Shown here piece by piece: positions 22,314 through 30,908 of a stretch of DNA of 47,403 nucleotides. How positions within the stretch are numbered: position 1 is the stretch's first letter; each line of letters starts with the position of its first letter. Below the pieces are notes generated by a model, which made no database searches, was not told the DNA's origin, and was given only the letters and a program-made list of their open reading frames with translations. The DNA comes from a virus: the IMG/VR virus record IMGVR_UViG_3300028840_003320; one strand, written 5' to 3'. The position numbers and the translations under genes were made by a program.

Positions 22314-24580
22314 TAAAGCAATTTAATTCCAAAGCAACCTCGATGTTTGACGCCACCTACCTTGCGCTGCTGTCCGGCGTCCAACCCCTTGCGTTTCAAT
22401 TCCATTGTGAGACTGCGCTTGTGCTTTGGCGTGACGCCGTTCTCCTTACACCACTCCTGGTAGGAGAGGTAAAGCGCAGAGTTGGGCACAAAGTGGCTGC
22501 CAGTTTGCACAATCTCCACACACTCTTCCAACCACTGGCCTACATAGTCCAGCTCGAGGCGCTGTGCTTGTGTGGTCTCTTCGATGCTCTTGGGCACGCG
22601 CAACCCGGTGCCCTCCTGGTTGTACCATCGGATCGCGCCTTTCACCGCCCAGGCCAGGACCGCTTGCAGGCTCTCCCGCTGCTTGAGCTGCGCTTTCAGC
22701 GTCTTATCCTCTCGCCCTGCATAGCTGTTCGGAAATTGGATCACTTTGAGCCTGTACCAAATGGCGTCGTCATCCACGTCGGCATTCACCGGATAGTTGC
22801 TGCTCAGCCAGACTTTGAATTGCGGCCGATAAGTGAAGTGGTCTTTGCGCTTGAATGCGGCGCGAATCTCATTGCCACCCGTGATGGCTTTCACGCGCGC
22901 TGTGTTCAGACTCGTGTACTTGCTAGATTCGCTGGCAGCCACAAAGCGGCAAGGCTTCAAGCCTGCCAAGTCGAAGTTTTGCGAGTCGTGGCTGCGATCC
23001 ATCGTGAAGGAAGAGAAATCCACCTCGGTGCCCATCGGTTCTTTGCCGAGCATGTGCAGGATGGTCTCAGTGAAAGAGCCCTTGCCGCTCCGGGTTGGCC
23101 CGTAGAGGTAGAACAGGCATTCTTCGGACGTATGGCCCGTGAGTGTGTACCCTATGGCCATCTGTAGAAAATCCACGAGCTGAGGATCCCCGCCGACCCA
23201 CTCAAGAATCAGGGTCCTCCACTTTGAGTGATCCGCTTCTGGATCGTATTCGATCGGTAGGCAATACGTGAAGCGCTGGCCAGGAAGATGGTCTATGAGG
23301 TCGCCTGTTCTCAGGTTCAAGACGCCGTTCTTGCAGTTCAATAAGTCGGGGAAACTGTCAAAGTCGGCAGCACGGGCCGGGACCAAGCTCTCATAGAGGT
23401 ACTTGCAGTTGCGCACGTTGGTGGCGGTAGCACGGGTTACTTTGACGATGGCCTCTCGATCGGCTTTCACTGCCTCCAAGCGCCGGCGCTGCAGGACGTC
23501 GACCACTGCACGGTCCAGGCGGCTCTCCGCCAGTTCCCGCGCCCAATGCGTTTTGCCGTGGTGCATCCACCCAAACGCCTCGACGTGCAGGAACTGACCT
23601 GGGTAGAGCGCATCGACACAGCGGGCGTTTCCCTCATCGCTGGCATCGGCGCGGAGCAGGATGCTCTCTGTGCGCGGTGTGGGCGGCTCGATGGCCGGCA
23701 CATTGCCAGGTGGGTAACGCCCAACGCTCTCAGCGATCGCCTCGACCTCTGACGATTCTAGTGGCGGCTCGCAATGTCTCTGGTTGAATGCCTCCAGACT
23801 GGGCAGCATCGTGGCTGCATCCATCCCCCGCCGGCGCATAGAGCCCGCTAGGCTGGCCAGGCGCACATTGCGCTCGCCCTGGGTGATGTGCTCGGGCAGT
23901 TCGTTTCCGTTTTGCCCTGGCTGCTCTGCACTCTCCCAGGGGTCAGCTGCTTTGTGGTGCCCATTCATCTTGAGCAGGGCGGCCAACTCGGTTGGCAACA
24001 TACCCGGCGCCTGGTCCATCGGATGGCTGCTCGCTTCCCAAGTGTAAGAGCCTTTTTCAGTTCGGCTTGGGGCTACGACGATGTATCCCCCTTCGCCGCG
24101 CGTGTCGATGCCCGGAGCGATCTTGCTGGCAGTGCTCTTGATGCCGTCGTCTGTGCGCCAGATTTTGTGAATGCCGCCCGAGGGCGTCTGCTGTTCAAGA
24201 GCCTGGCTATCGTCGATGCCGAGATTGTCCCACTCTCCTGGCCCATCCGCGCCGTTTTTCACGTCGAGGTCGACCACAGCCAGCTTTGAGCGCCCGCAAT
24301 CTACCCCGATGTTGGCCAGTGGGTGTTTCTGCCACCAGGCGCGAATGGTGCCCGGATCGCGTGTACTGTCCTTGAAACCGTTCTTGGTCAGTGGGCGCTT
24401 TTCCCCCGGCACACAGGGGAACACGTACCAACCTAGCTTAGACAGTTGCAGCGCGCTCTCACATAAGAGCATTTGCCAGCCCTGTTCGGGTGTCATCTTT
24501 GCGATCTCATCATCCGTATGGCCAAGCTCCCCCAGCTGGCGTTTTGTCTCATTGGTCAGAAAGAGCGGGATAGATGGCAC
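22313..24580 (-). CDS. Bifunctional primase-polymerase / D5-type SF3 helicase (P4 alpha-like replicase)
   Basis: It has a prim-pol N-domain (GWYVFPCVPGEKRPLTKNGFKDST...AVVDLDV), a PriCT-like motif (GERNVRLASLAGSMRRRGM...PLESSEVEAIAESV) and Walker A YLYGPTRSGKGSF. The start codon is GTG. Confidence 0.9.
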   Translation of the reverse strand: MPSIPLFLTNETKRQLGELGHTDDEIAKMTPEQGWQMLLCESALQLSKLGWYVFPCVPGEKRPLTKNGFKDSTRDPGTIRAWWQKHPLANIGVDCGRSKLAVVDLDVKNGADGPGEWDNLGIDDSQALEQQTPSGGIHKIWRTDDGIKSTASKIAPGIDTRGEGGYIVVAPSRTEKGSYTWEASSHPMDQAPGMLPTELAALLKMNGHHKAADPWESAEQPGQNGNELPEHITQGERNVRLASLAGSMRRRGMDAATMLPSLEAFNQRHCEPPLESSEVEAIAESVGRYPPGNVPAIEPPTPRTESILLRADASDEGNARCVDALYPGQFLHVEAFGWMHHGKTHWARELAESRLDRAVVDVLQRRRLEAVKADREAIVKVTRATATNVRNCKYLYESLVPARAADFDSFPDLLNCKNGVLNLRTGDLIDHLPGQRFTYCLPIEYDPEADHSKWRTLILEWVGGDPQLVDFLQMAIGYTLTGHTSEECLFYLYGPTRSGKGSFTETILHMLGKEPMGTEVDFSSFTMDRSHDSQNFDLAGLKPCRFVAASESSKYTSLNTARVKAITGGNEIRAAFKRKDHFTYRPQFKVWLSSNYPVNADVDDDAIWYRLKVIQFPNSYAGREDKTLKAQLKQRESLQAVLAWAVKGAIRWYNQEGTGLRVPKSIEETTQAQRLELDYVGQWLEECVEIVQTGSHFVPNSALYLSYQEWCKENGVTPKHKRSLTMELKRKGLDAGQQRKVGGVKHRGCFGIKLL

Positions 24581-24633
24581 GTTGTATCTCTCTTGATTCT
24601 AGGATTGCTGAGTAGTCAACTTATCGGAAGTGC

Positions 24634-25407
24634 CTATTTGACACGACACATTAGGCACGGCTGCTCTTCTGGTTCATCGCTCAAAAATGACATCTGAGCC
24701 TCGCTGTGATGCTTTGACCACCAGCGCCGCTTGATCTCTGCTCGAATCAGATGGTTATCAATCAACTGGCGCATTGTGTACCCACGCACCCACGTATACC
24801 CCCCAGCGCCCCGGCGTTTCTTTTCATCCTCTACCCAAGCCATCCATTCGGCCATTTTAGGTTGTTCCTCGATCATTTTGACCTGTAGAAAATGTGTCTT
24901 GAACGGGCAACACCCGCACGACCAGAGGCCAGTAGGCGGCAATCCGATCCGTTTTGCCTCTGCTTCAATGTCGGCCCTGGTCACACCCATCTCACGCAGG
25001 ATGTAACGCGGTTCGATCTGTGTGCCAGAATCGCCAAGATACCCTTTGCGCTCTGCCTCGTCTGCGCGCAGGCCAATATAGCTCTCGATCTGCTGGCCTC
25101 TCACGTATGCCTCAAATGGCTTGATCTTGAACATAGCCGTACACCAGCGCGCCCTATGGAATGGCAAGAACCAACTATGTGCCTCTAGTGCCTGCTCCCA
25201 GGTCGGTCCACGCAAGCGAACGATCTCCTTGCCGGTCATCTGTTCTAGTGTATCCAGCATCGCGTATGTGTGTGGATGCTCCTTGCCCGGATCGGTAAAG
25301 ACTGGCGTCACATCATCTGCGCAAATACCGCCCTTCAGATAACCTGTCAGGAACAGGTACATTATGCTACTATCGAGGCCGCCGCTCAGAGAGGCTATGT
25401 GCTTCAT
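24634..25407 (-). CDS. PAPS-reductase / PP-loop ATPase family protein
   Basis: PP-loop SLSGGLDSS, RWCTAMFKIKP and IGLRADEAERKG are characteristic of the PAPS_reduct/DndC-like family. Confidence 0.75.
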   Translation of the reverse strand: MKHIASLSGGLDSSIMYLFLTGYLKGGICADDVTPVFTDPGKEHPHTYAMLDTLEQMTGKEIVRLRGPTWEQALEAHSWFLPFHRARWCTAMFKIKPFEAYVRGQQIESYIGLRADEAERKGYLGDSGTQIEPRYILREMGVTRADIEAEAKRIGLPPTGLWSCGCCPFKTHFLQVKMIEEQPKMAEWMAWVEDEKKRRGAGGYTWVRGYTMRQLIDNHLIRAEIKRRWWSKHHSEAQMSFLSDEPEEQPCLMCRVK

Positions 25408-25436
25408 TTCTCACCTCCTCGTATCCACATTCTCAG

Positions 25437-25509
25437 AGCCAGCGCCCGGAGTCGAACCGGGAACCGGGCCATTACAAATGGCCTGCGCTGCCTGTTGCGC
25501 TACGCTGGC
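25437..25509 (-). tRNA. tRNA-Thr (anticodon UGU), phage-encoded, no encoded CCA
   Basis: Manual cloverleaf on the minus strand: acceptor GCCAGCG/CGCTGGC, D stem GCGC/GCGC with loop AACAGGCA, anticodon stem GGCCA/TGGCC with loop TTTGTAA, variable loop CGGTT, T stem CCCGG/CCGGG with loop TTCGACT. 73 nt. Confidence 0.85.
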
Positions 25510-25517
25510 TACTCGGT

Positions 25518-26090
25518 TTATGCACTCGCTGTCAGCAACAATGTCACCTGCTCGGCCAGCAGGCCGGGCGCTTTACTCTGTGTAGCGATCCCGCCGCTCT
25601 CTGCGGCCAACTTGGCGAGAAAATCGCGCCCGCTCCAAACGCCGCCGTCCTCTGGCCCGATATACACCGTGTCGATGCGACTTTTGAACGACCTTGCGAC
25701 TTTGAGCGTCTTTTTCTCATCATCCGGCTGCCCATCGGAAATCAGAATGAAGCGGATCCCCAAACCGTCAGCGGGCCGCACAAAGTGCAAGGCTTTTGCC
25801 ATGTCCGTTCCACCACCGAAGCGGATCGGCACGCCGCTCGGGCAAAACTGGACCTCACTTGAGAATGCAATCACGGCCAACTTGCCGGGCAGTTGTTCTT
25901 GCAATCGCCTTAGTTCATTTTCGGCTGCATCCCACCTGGCCAGTCCTCCTGGTGCATCCTCAGCGGCCATAGACCCGCTCATGTCCACCAAGAGCACTGC
26001 GTCGACGTTCAGGAAGCTCTCGGCCAGAGAGAGGTTATCCCGCTGGCTGAGTGCGGATAGAGAGCCCTTCACAAGTGCCTTGCTCATCAT
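25518..26090 (-). CDS. von Willebrand factor A (vWA) domain protein
   Basis: MIDAS motifs LLVDMSGSM (DxSxS), GGGTDMAKAL and ILISDGQPDD. The likely start is ATG 26090 or 26087, after GAGGAGG. Confidence 0.8.
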   Translation of the reverse strand: MMSKALVKGSLSALSQRDNLSLAESFLNVDAVLLVDMSGSMAAEDAPGGLARWDAAENELRRLQEQLPGKLAVIAFSSEVQFCPSGVPIRFGGGTDMAKALHFVRPADGLGIRFILISDGQPDDEKKTLKVARSFKSRIDTVYIGPEDGGVWSGRDFLAKLAAESGGIATQSKAPGLLAEQVTLLLTASA

Positions 26091-26307
26091 TTGCCTCCTC
26101 TTCAAAAGATACTCCATAGTCAAAAACAAGCGCATCCTCGATTGATGCAGTCAGATTGATAATATCCTGCTGCTGCTGCACAAGCACTGTTCGCAAGTAG
26201 TCTGCATCATGATAGGTGGTCATCCCGACAGTTACCCGCTGTAGCACGTCTTGGAGAAAGACAGCATCTTCACGCCCTCGCAATATCGTCCATTCTTGGA
26301 GGTTCAT
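26035..26307 (-). CDS. Hypothetical protein
   Basis: 90-aa ORF whose 3' end overlaps the vWA gene start by about 55 nt. No motif. Confidence 0.4.
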   Translation of the reverse strand: MNLQEWTILRGREDAVFLQDVLQRVTVGMTTYHDADYLRTVLVQQQQDIINLTASIEDALVFDYGVSFEEEANDEQGTCEGLSIRTQPAG

Positions 26308-26310
26308 CTA

Positions 26311-27123
26311 CTATACCCACCTCTCGGTAAAGCTATCGTCTCCATACTGCCAACTGGTGACGAGGGTCTGGCCGCGACTGTTCACAATGTCCTCCCACTG
26401 GAGGATGCTTGAGACCACAAAGCGCCCCAGCTGCTCTACACCGTTACAGAGAATGTAGCCACAGCGGAGCGGGGGCCGCCAAACATTGCTTGCTTGGAAC
26501 ACCTGAGAATCTGTGAGACTTTGGTGCTTGCCCACGCTGGCCGCGAGCTGCAATCCTGCATCGTACTTGCGACGTTTCAGCGGGTCGGAGAGCACCTGGT
26601 ATGCCTCATTGATGCGCTTGAACTGCTCTTCGGCACCATCCTCTTTGCACACGTCCGGGTGCCACTGGCGTGCGCACTTGCGATAAGCACTCTTGAGATC
26701 GGCCACATTGGCACTCTGCTTGATGCCCAGGACCGCATAGAGCGTGGTCTGCTCTTCCGGCTTGTCTGGATCGATGGCAAACCACTCTTTCAAGACACTT
26801 TCAGGAAAGATGACGGTCCACCCACCATTACACCAGCCGCTTGCCGTCCTCTGCCCACCTGCACGCTCTTTTGCCGCGCCGATGTACTTGACCTGCAAAA
26901 GCTGTGTGGTATTGACGGCTATACTCTGGACTTGTGGCACCTGTGGCCGCTTGCCTAGATACTGCTCGGCAAGGTCGGCCAGAGTATTGGCATGCTGTGG
27001 GGCTACCATCCAGAGCTTCTGATCCCGGTCCCAACGCCGATCACTGTAGGGGATTGCCGTCTTGAGCGCAGCCACCAGACCAGCATCGTAGGGCGATTTA
27101 AAGCCGATCGTGCCATCTTTCAT
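26311..27123 (-). CDS. J-domain (DnaJ/Hsp40 co-chaperone-like) protein
   Basis: TLYAVLGIKQSANVADLKSAYRKCARQWHPDVCKEDGAEEQFKRINEAYQVLSDPLKRRKYD is a canonical J domain with the HPD motif. The start is ambiguous: ATG 27123, or GTG 27159/27171. Confidence 0.85.
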   Translation of the reverse strand: MKDGTIGFKSPYDAGLVAALKTAIPYSDRRWDRDQKLWMVAPQHANTLADLAEQYLGKRPQVPQVQSIAVNTTQLLQVKYIGAAKERAGGQRTASGWCNGGWTVIFPESVLKEWFAIDPDKPEEQTTLYAVLGIKQSANVADLKSAYRKCARQWHPDVCKEDGAEEQFKRINEAYQVLSDPLKRRKYDAGLQLAASVGKHQSLTDSQVFQASNVWRPPLRCGYILCNGVEQLGRFVVSSILQWEDIVNSRGQTLVTSWQYGDDSFTERWV

Positions 27124-27155
27124 CGGGATCAGGCGGCTGCTCTGTTGGTGAGAGA

Positions 27156-27365
27156 TCACATAGTAAGCCACTGGTGGATCCTCTCTGCAAGCGTCCGGGC
27201 GTGCTCTGCCACCTGCTCTGCTTGCGTCTTCCATCCGCGCCACTGTGCCAGCGCTTCGACGGTCATCTTTTCGCCCTGCTGTCTTTGCGCGCTTCGGAGA
27301 ATCTCGACCTGCCCCCGGTCAATCCTGACTTGGGTTGAATCGGAAAGGGTAATGTCTGTGGTCAT
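27156..27365 (-). CDS. Hypothetical protein
   Basis: 69-aa ORF tiled between neighbouring genes. Confidence 0.4.
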   Translation of the reverse strand: MTTDITLSDSTQVRIDRGQVEILRSAQRQQGEKMTVEALAQWRGWKTQAEQVAEHARTLAERIHQWLTM

Positions 27366-27724
27366 TTGGGATCTCCGTATGCTCTATCCCATAACCGGTT
27401 AGCTTTGGCTCTGGAATCTTTTTCATCCAGAAAATCAGTATCTTCGTCATTCATCAATCCAAGAGCATGATCAGATTGGTGCAGTTCCTGCCCACACTTC
27501 GGGCAAATTGCCATACAGCAATCATCAATCCAGTCCTGAACATCCTCGATTGTTTCAAATTCCTCACTGCATTCATCAGGTTCCAATGTCCAGTCAAAGC
27601 CTTGCTTCCAGTAGGGTGCTCCGATATAAAGACCGCATGACCAGGCAACCTTGACTCTCGCATTTTCAGGCACATTATTGATGCCTGCACTCGTCGGTGT
27701 ACGGCTTTCAGGGATTGTAGTCAT
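27362..27724 (-). CDS. Hypothetical acidic Cys-containing protein
   Basis: The Met at 27724 overlaps the upstream stop (ATGA). Contains CCMAICPKCG. Confidence 0.45.
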   Translation of the reverse strand: MTTIPESRTPTSAGINNVPENARVKVAWSCGLYIGAPYWKQGFDWTLEPDECSEEFETIEDVQDWIDDCCMAICPKCGQELHQSDHALGLMNDEDTDFLDEKDSRAKANRLWDRAYGDPK

Positions 27725-28503
27725 TCTGTCCCCCTGCACATCCCCCAATACTCACAATACTTGGGGCTGCACTTCCACGTCCCAGGGTTGGGCGGGAATA
27801 CTTCGGCCTCAATGCCTTTCCACACATCGGAGATCAGCCCAAAGAGCCAAAAGAGGTCTTGAATGGTCCGGGTGCTCTCCCAAATCTGCACCTTGGGCGT
27901 CTTGTTCTTGACAAAGACGTAGTGGCGAAAGTTCAGACCGGGCATCTCAAAGCTACTCTGATTCAACGCTGCCAGGTAGAAAGTCGGCTGCATCTCGCTG
28001 TCTGCCTGGCTCTGTGACCAGGAGCGTGCGCTTGTCTTGAAGTCGGCCGGCACGCCGTCCTGCTCAATCAGGTCGATGTACCCGATCACAGGGATAGGCA
28101 CCCCCGGCACAGTCAGGGTCACTTTGCGCTCGATCTGTACCTGGTCCTCGATGACAAGCGGCTCCAGACTATCCACCAGGGCTACAATGTCCTCATCAGA
28201 GAACATGCGCACACCCAGGTTGCACATCTCTTCGGGTGTGTCGCTATTCCATTCAATCCCGCATTCGGCGTTGCGCTCAAGTTGTGCGGTCCAATGATGT
28301 TGCCAAAAAGAGACAAGCGGACTTGCACAATCGTTCGGCTTTGCCATGAGTTCGACATACTCTTCAAGTGCATTGTGAAACGCGCTGCCAAAGACGAGCG
28401 CTGGGCTCGTGGGCGTCTGCACTTTGTCCAGGTAGTGAAAGCGCCAGGAGCGAGGGCACATGAGGTAAGTGCTGATGCTTGAATAGCTCAAGTGTTCAAT
28501 CAT
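27721..28503 (-). CDS. PD-(D/E)XK exonuclease, Cas4/RecB-like with a 4-Cys cluster
   Basis: SYSSISTYLMCPRSWRFHYL, GYIDLIE...DFKTS (D..ExK-type motif) and C-terminal CSPKYCEYWGMC. The likely start is MIEHLSY at 28503. Confidence 0.8.
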   Translation of the reverse strand: MIEHLSYSSISTYLMCPRSWRFHYLDKVQTPTSPALVFGSAFHNALEEYVELMAKPNDCASPLVSFWQHHWTAQLERNAECGIEWNSDTPEEMCNLGVRMFSDEDIVALVDSLEPLVIEDQVQIERKVTLTVPGVPIPVIGYIDLIEQDGVPADFKTSARSWSQSQADSEMQPTFYLAALNQSSFEMPGLNFRHYVFVKNKTPKVQIWESTRTIQDLFWLFGLISDVWKGIEAEVFPPNPGTWKCSPKYCEYWGMCRGTE

Positions 28504-28792
28504 CGCTCTCCCCCTTTGCCTGTGCGAGGGCGGCGCGGGCATCGCACAAAAGCTCGACCCAGTCGTGCAATCCTTTTGTGATGTCTCCTCGTGTTCCAAT
28601 TTGGATGAGGCGTTTGCATATATCCAGCAGCGCGGGAGCAGCGGCGATCAAGTACGCATCGGGCAGTTGGTGGTGATGGAAATCTCGCTCACCATAAGTG
28701 GATGCAATCTGCCCATCGTTGCTATGGATGTAACAGATGGGGGATGTTTGGCTGATGACAACTCTCCACGGTCCTGGTGTGTGTCTAGGCAT
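28496..28792 (-). CDS. Hypothetical phage protein
   Basis: 98 aa. GPWRV...DAYLIAAAPALLD is a motif I recognise from many uncharacterised phage proteins. Confidence 0.5.
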   Translation of the reverse strand: MPRHTPGPWRVVISQTSPICYIHSNDGQIASTYGERDFHHHQLPDAYLIAAAPALLDICKRLIQIGTRGDITKGLHDWVELLCDARAALAQAKGESDD

Positions 28793-29555
28793 CGGTCTCT
28801 CCTAGCTTCTCCGCAACCGCCAGACATTCCTCTTCCGATGCCGGAATTTTGCCGCCGTTTGCGTTCATGATCATGTCAGGGGTCCAGAGGGAGAGAAGCG
28901 CATCGACCGTGGTAAAGCTATTGGTGACTTGTGGCTCCTCTTTCGCTGTCGGTACAGGTGCCAACTCTGCCGGCGCAACATCCCAGGTCGTGTCAATGAT
29001 CGTGTCGCCCTCTTCGGTCAGGTCCGCGCCCAGTTCATCGGTGCGCTTCATGCCGCCGATCACGTCGGGAAAGACCACATCCGCACAAAAGCCCACGGCC
29101 CGCCAACGGAGCATGTTGGCCGGGTACTTTTCCCAACCACCATCCGGTTTGACAATCCCTGCCTGCTCGGCATCGGCCATCGTCCAGGTCAGAGTGTAGG
29201 AAAATCCGCTTGTGCGTTCCATCGTCACCGTGCAAGAGTCTGGACCATCGACAATCTCAACCTTGGCACAAAAGGGGCTCTGGTGAATCAGTGCCAACGC
29301 GCCTCGAGGAGAAAGCGCCGCTTGTGTTTTTCCTCCTGCTGTGATCGCATAAATGAATTCAAAACTGGCTGTGAGCGAAAGCCCCAACTCATAGCCTTTG
29401 AGCATAATTGCCATGGCCTGCTCAGGGCTTGAAACGCCAAACAACCGCGCCTTGTGCATTGCCGGCGCGATCGCCTCGATCATCTGCCACATCTGTGGCG
29501 TGAGCGGCTGTGCAACAGTCAGCGCTTTTGTTTTGTACTCTACTTTAGTCTCCAT
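28785..29555 (-). CDS. recT: RecT-family single-strand annealing protein
   Basis: AMAIMLKGYELGLSLTASFEFIYAI..GK, EKYPANMLRWRAVGF and an acidic C-terminus. It is paired with an exonuclease gene. Confidence 0.75.
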   Translation of the reverse strand: METKVEYKTKALTVAQPLTPQMWQMIEAIAPAMHKARLFGVSSPEQAMAIMLKGYELGLSLTASFEFIYAITAGGKTQAALSPRGALALIHQSPFCAKVEIVDGPDSCTVTMERTSGFSYTLTWTMADAEQAGIVKPDGGWEKYPANMLRWRAVGFCADVVFPDVIGGMKRTDELGADLTEEGDTIIDTTWDVAPAELAPVPTAKEEPQVTNSFTTVDALLSLWTPDMIMNANGGKIPASEEECLAVAEKLGETDA

Positions 29556-30336
29556 GCGAAGATACCTCCTTCAGATAGTCCATAGCGGCCTGGTCAGCCG
29601 CTGCAATGAATCCCCCGTTGGGTGTGTAAGAACTCTCTTGCGCTGTCCAGGGGAGCACTTTAAGCAGTTCCCCATTCAGCCCAAGCGCCGCCTTGACAGC
29701 CTGCTTGATCCCATCCGAGACGCCGGGCACCTGGCGCTTGTCCTCCAAGTTGGTCAGCCATTCGAGCACGCTGCCCACGTTGCCCAGCGCGTCGACCAGC
29801 GCCTTGATCCGCTCTGGCCCGATGCCGGGCAGGGCAGCCAGCGCCGCTTCGCCGTCTTTGAGCAGGTAGGTCTCTCTCGACGGCTTGACACGCACAATCC
29901 CCCGATCCCGGTTGCAGAGTTGGATCACAGCACACTCGAATTCATCATCTGAACCGCACGTCAAGACGCCGATCCCCATCTCCTGCGCAGTCAGCAGCGC
30001 GCCTTGAACATCCGCATAGCGCCAGCCTGTGTGCCCCTGGCCGCCGACAGTCACATGGCCATCACGGTCTCGGTAGAGCAGGCCGGTAATGACCAAATAG
30101 GACCAGGGGGTTGTTTCGAGCATCTTGGTCAGTTGAGGAAAGAGACGCCTATGGGCCAGTGTGCCCAGGAGATCGCTTGGCGTCTTGCGCTCGATCAGGA
30201 TCTGGCACGCATCGTCTGTAGCTGCGAGAACATCGCCAGCATCGAGGGCCAACGTTGCGACAGGCACGCCGCCAAACGTCAATGCCCTGCACCAGTCGGG
30301 CTCTCGGCTGTCAACGATGGCACTGAGAATAGACAT
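29545..30336 (-). CDS. ERCC4 (XPF/Mus81/Hef)-type structure-specific endonuclease with a C-terminal HhH
   Basis: VDSRE, GDVLAATDDACQILIERKTPSDL (the GDx(n)ERKxxxD signature) and LPGIGPERIKALVDALG. The start at 30336 is preceded by AAGGAGG. Confidence 0.8.
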   Translation of the reverse strand: MSILSAIVDSREPDWCRALTFGGVPVATLALDAGDVLAATDDACQILIERKTPSDLLGTLAHRRLFPQLTKMLETTPWSYLVITGLLYRDRDGHVTVGGQGHTGWRYADVQGALLTAQEMGIGVLTCGSDDEFECAVIQLCNRDRGIVRVKPSRETYLLKDGEAALAALPGIGPERIKALVDALGNVGSVLEWLTNLEDKRQVPGVSDGIKQAVKAALGLNGELLKVLPWTAQESSYTPNGGFIAAADQAAMDYLKEVSSHGD

Positions 30337-30596
30337 TCGACCTCCTTTTGCTCTACTTTGACCAGATTGCGGAATTCCTTGCATTCTGAGCAGACCCCCC
30401 ATCTGCTCTCTTTATTGCCGCATATCTGTTCAAGTTCTCTTGCTTCAAAACATTCTGGGCAAATCCAGTCATCCATCTCAGAGCACTTTCTTGCCGGATC
30501 GTGCTCCTCCATTCCTATGCCCCCACATCCGGGCTCGCACCGGAAACGGGCTATCATCCGTTGGCACTTGTCTGTGGGGCTAAAAGTGGGGGCCAT
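30279..30596 (-). CDS. Cys-rich zinc-ribbon protein
   Basis: 105 aa with CEPGCGG, CPEC and CSEC motifs. The 3' end overlaps the next gene by 58 nt. Confidence 0.45.
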   Translation of the reverse strand: MAPTFSPTDKCQRMIARFRCEPGCGGIGMEEHDPARKCSEMDDWICPECFEARELEQICGNKESRWGVCSECKEFRNLVKVEQKEVECLFSVPSLTAESPTGAGH

Positions 30597-30743
30597 TTTA
30601 CATCCGGCCCCCAGGATGTGGTCTGGGTTATCTTCTCCCCAGCCCTGCTATACTCTTGGTAATGTGTATGTGTGCCCCCTTTGCGGGTCTACCGCTTCCG
30701 GTTGTCCGGCTACCGCTACTCAGCGGTTTCGACACTCGACCGG

Positions 30744-30908
30744 CTATACCATCACAGGCAGATACTCATACTCTGCCCGGTTGGCCTCGTCAAAGGCGGC
30801 ATTGGCATGCTCGATCGCGTGGATGGGGTCGCTGGCCAGGAACTTGGCGAAAGCCGCCCGAATCCTACGCGCGCGCCGGTGGGTGATCCAGAGCTTGAAG
30901 ATGTTCAT
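30744..30908 (-). CDS. Small hypothetical protein (54 aa)
   Basis: The internal Met (MNIFKLWITHRRARR...) at 30908 overlaps the upstream stop by 1 nt. The longer track ORF (to 31037) overlaps the preceding gene. Confidence 0.4.
   Translation of the reverse strand: MNIFKLWITHRRARRIRAAFAKFLASDPIHAIEHANAAFDEANRAEYEYLPVMV

Noticed and set aside
22132-22356. 74-aa minus-strand ORF covering element E2
   Set aside because: It is read straight through the GGTACC arrays and the conserved core. In the paralogous E1 copy the same frame has in-frame stops and no start codon. Of the 9 core substitutions between the copies, 8 would be non-synonymous. The conservation is therefore nucleic-acid level and the ORF is probably spurious.
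24583-24629. Canonical sigma70 promoter for the primase-helicase gene at the second 18-mer copy
   Set aside because: TTGACT is present, but the nearest -10-like hexamer (TAGAAT) is only 12 nt downstream. The spacing is incompatible with a standard promoter, so the 18-mer may be a regulator site instead.
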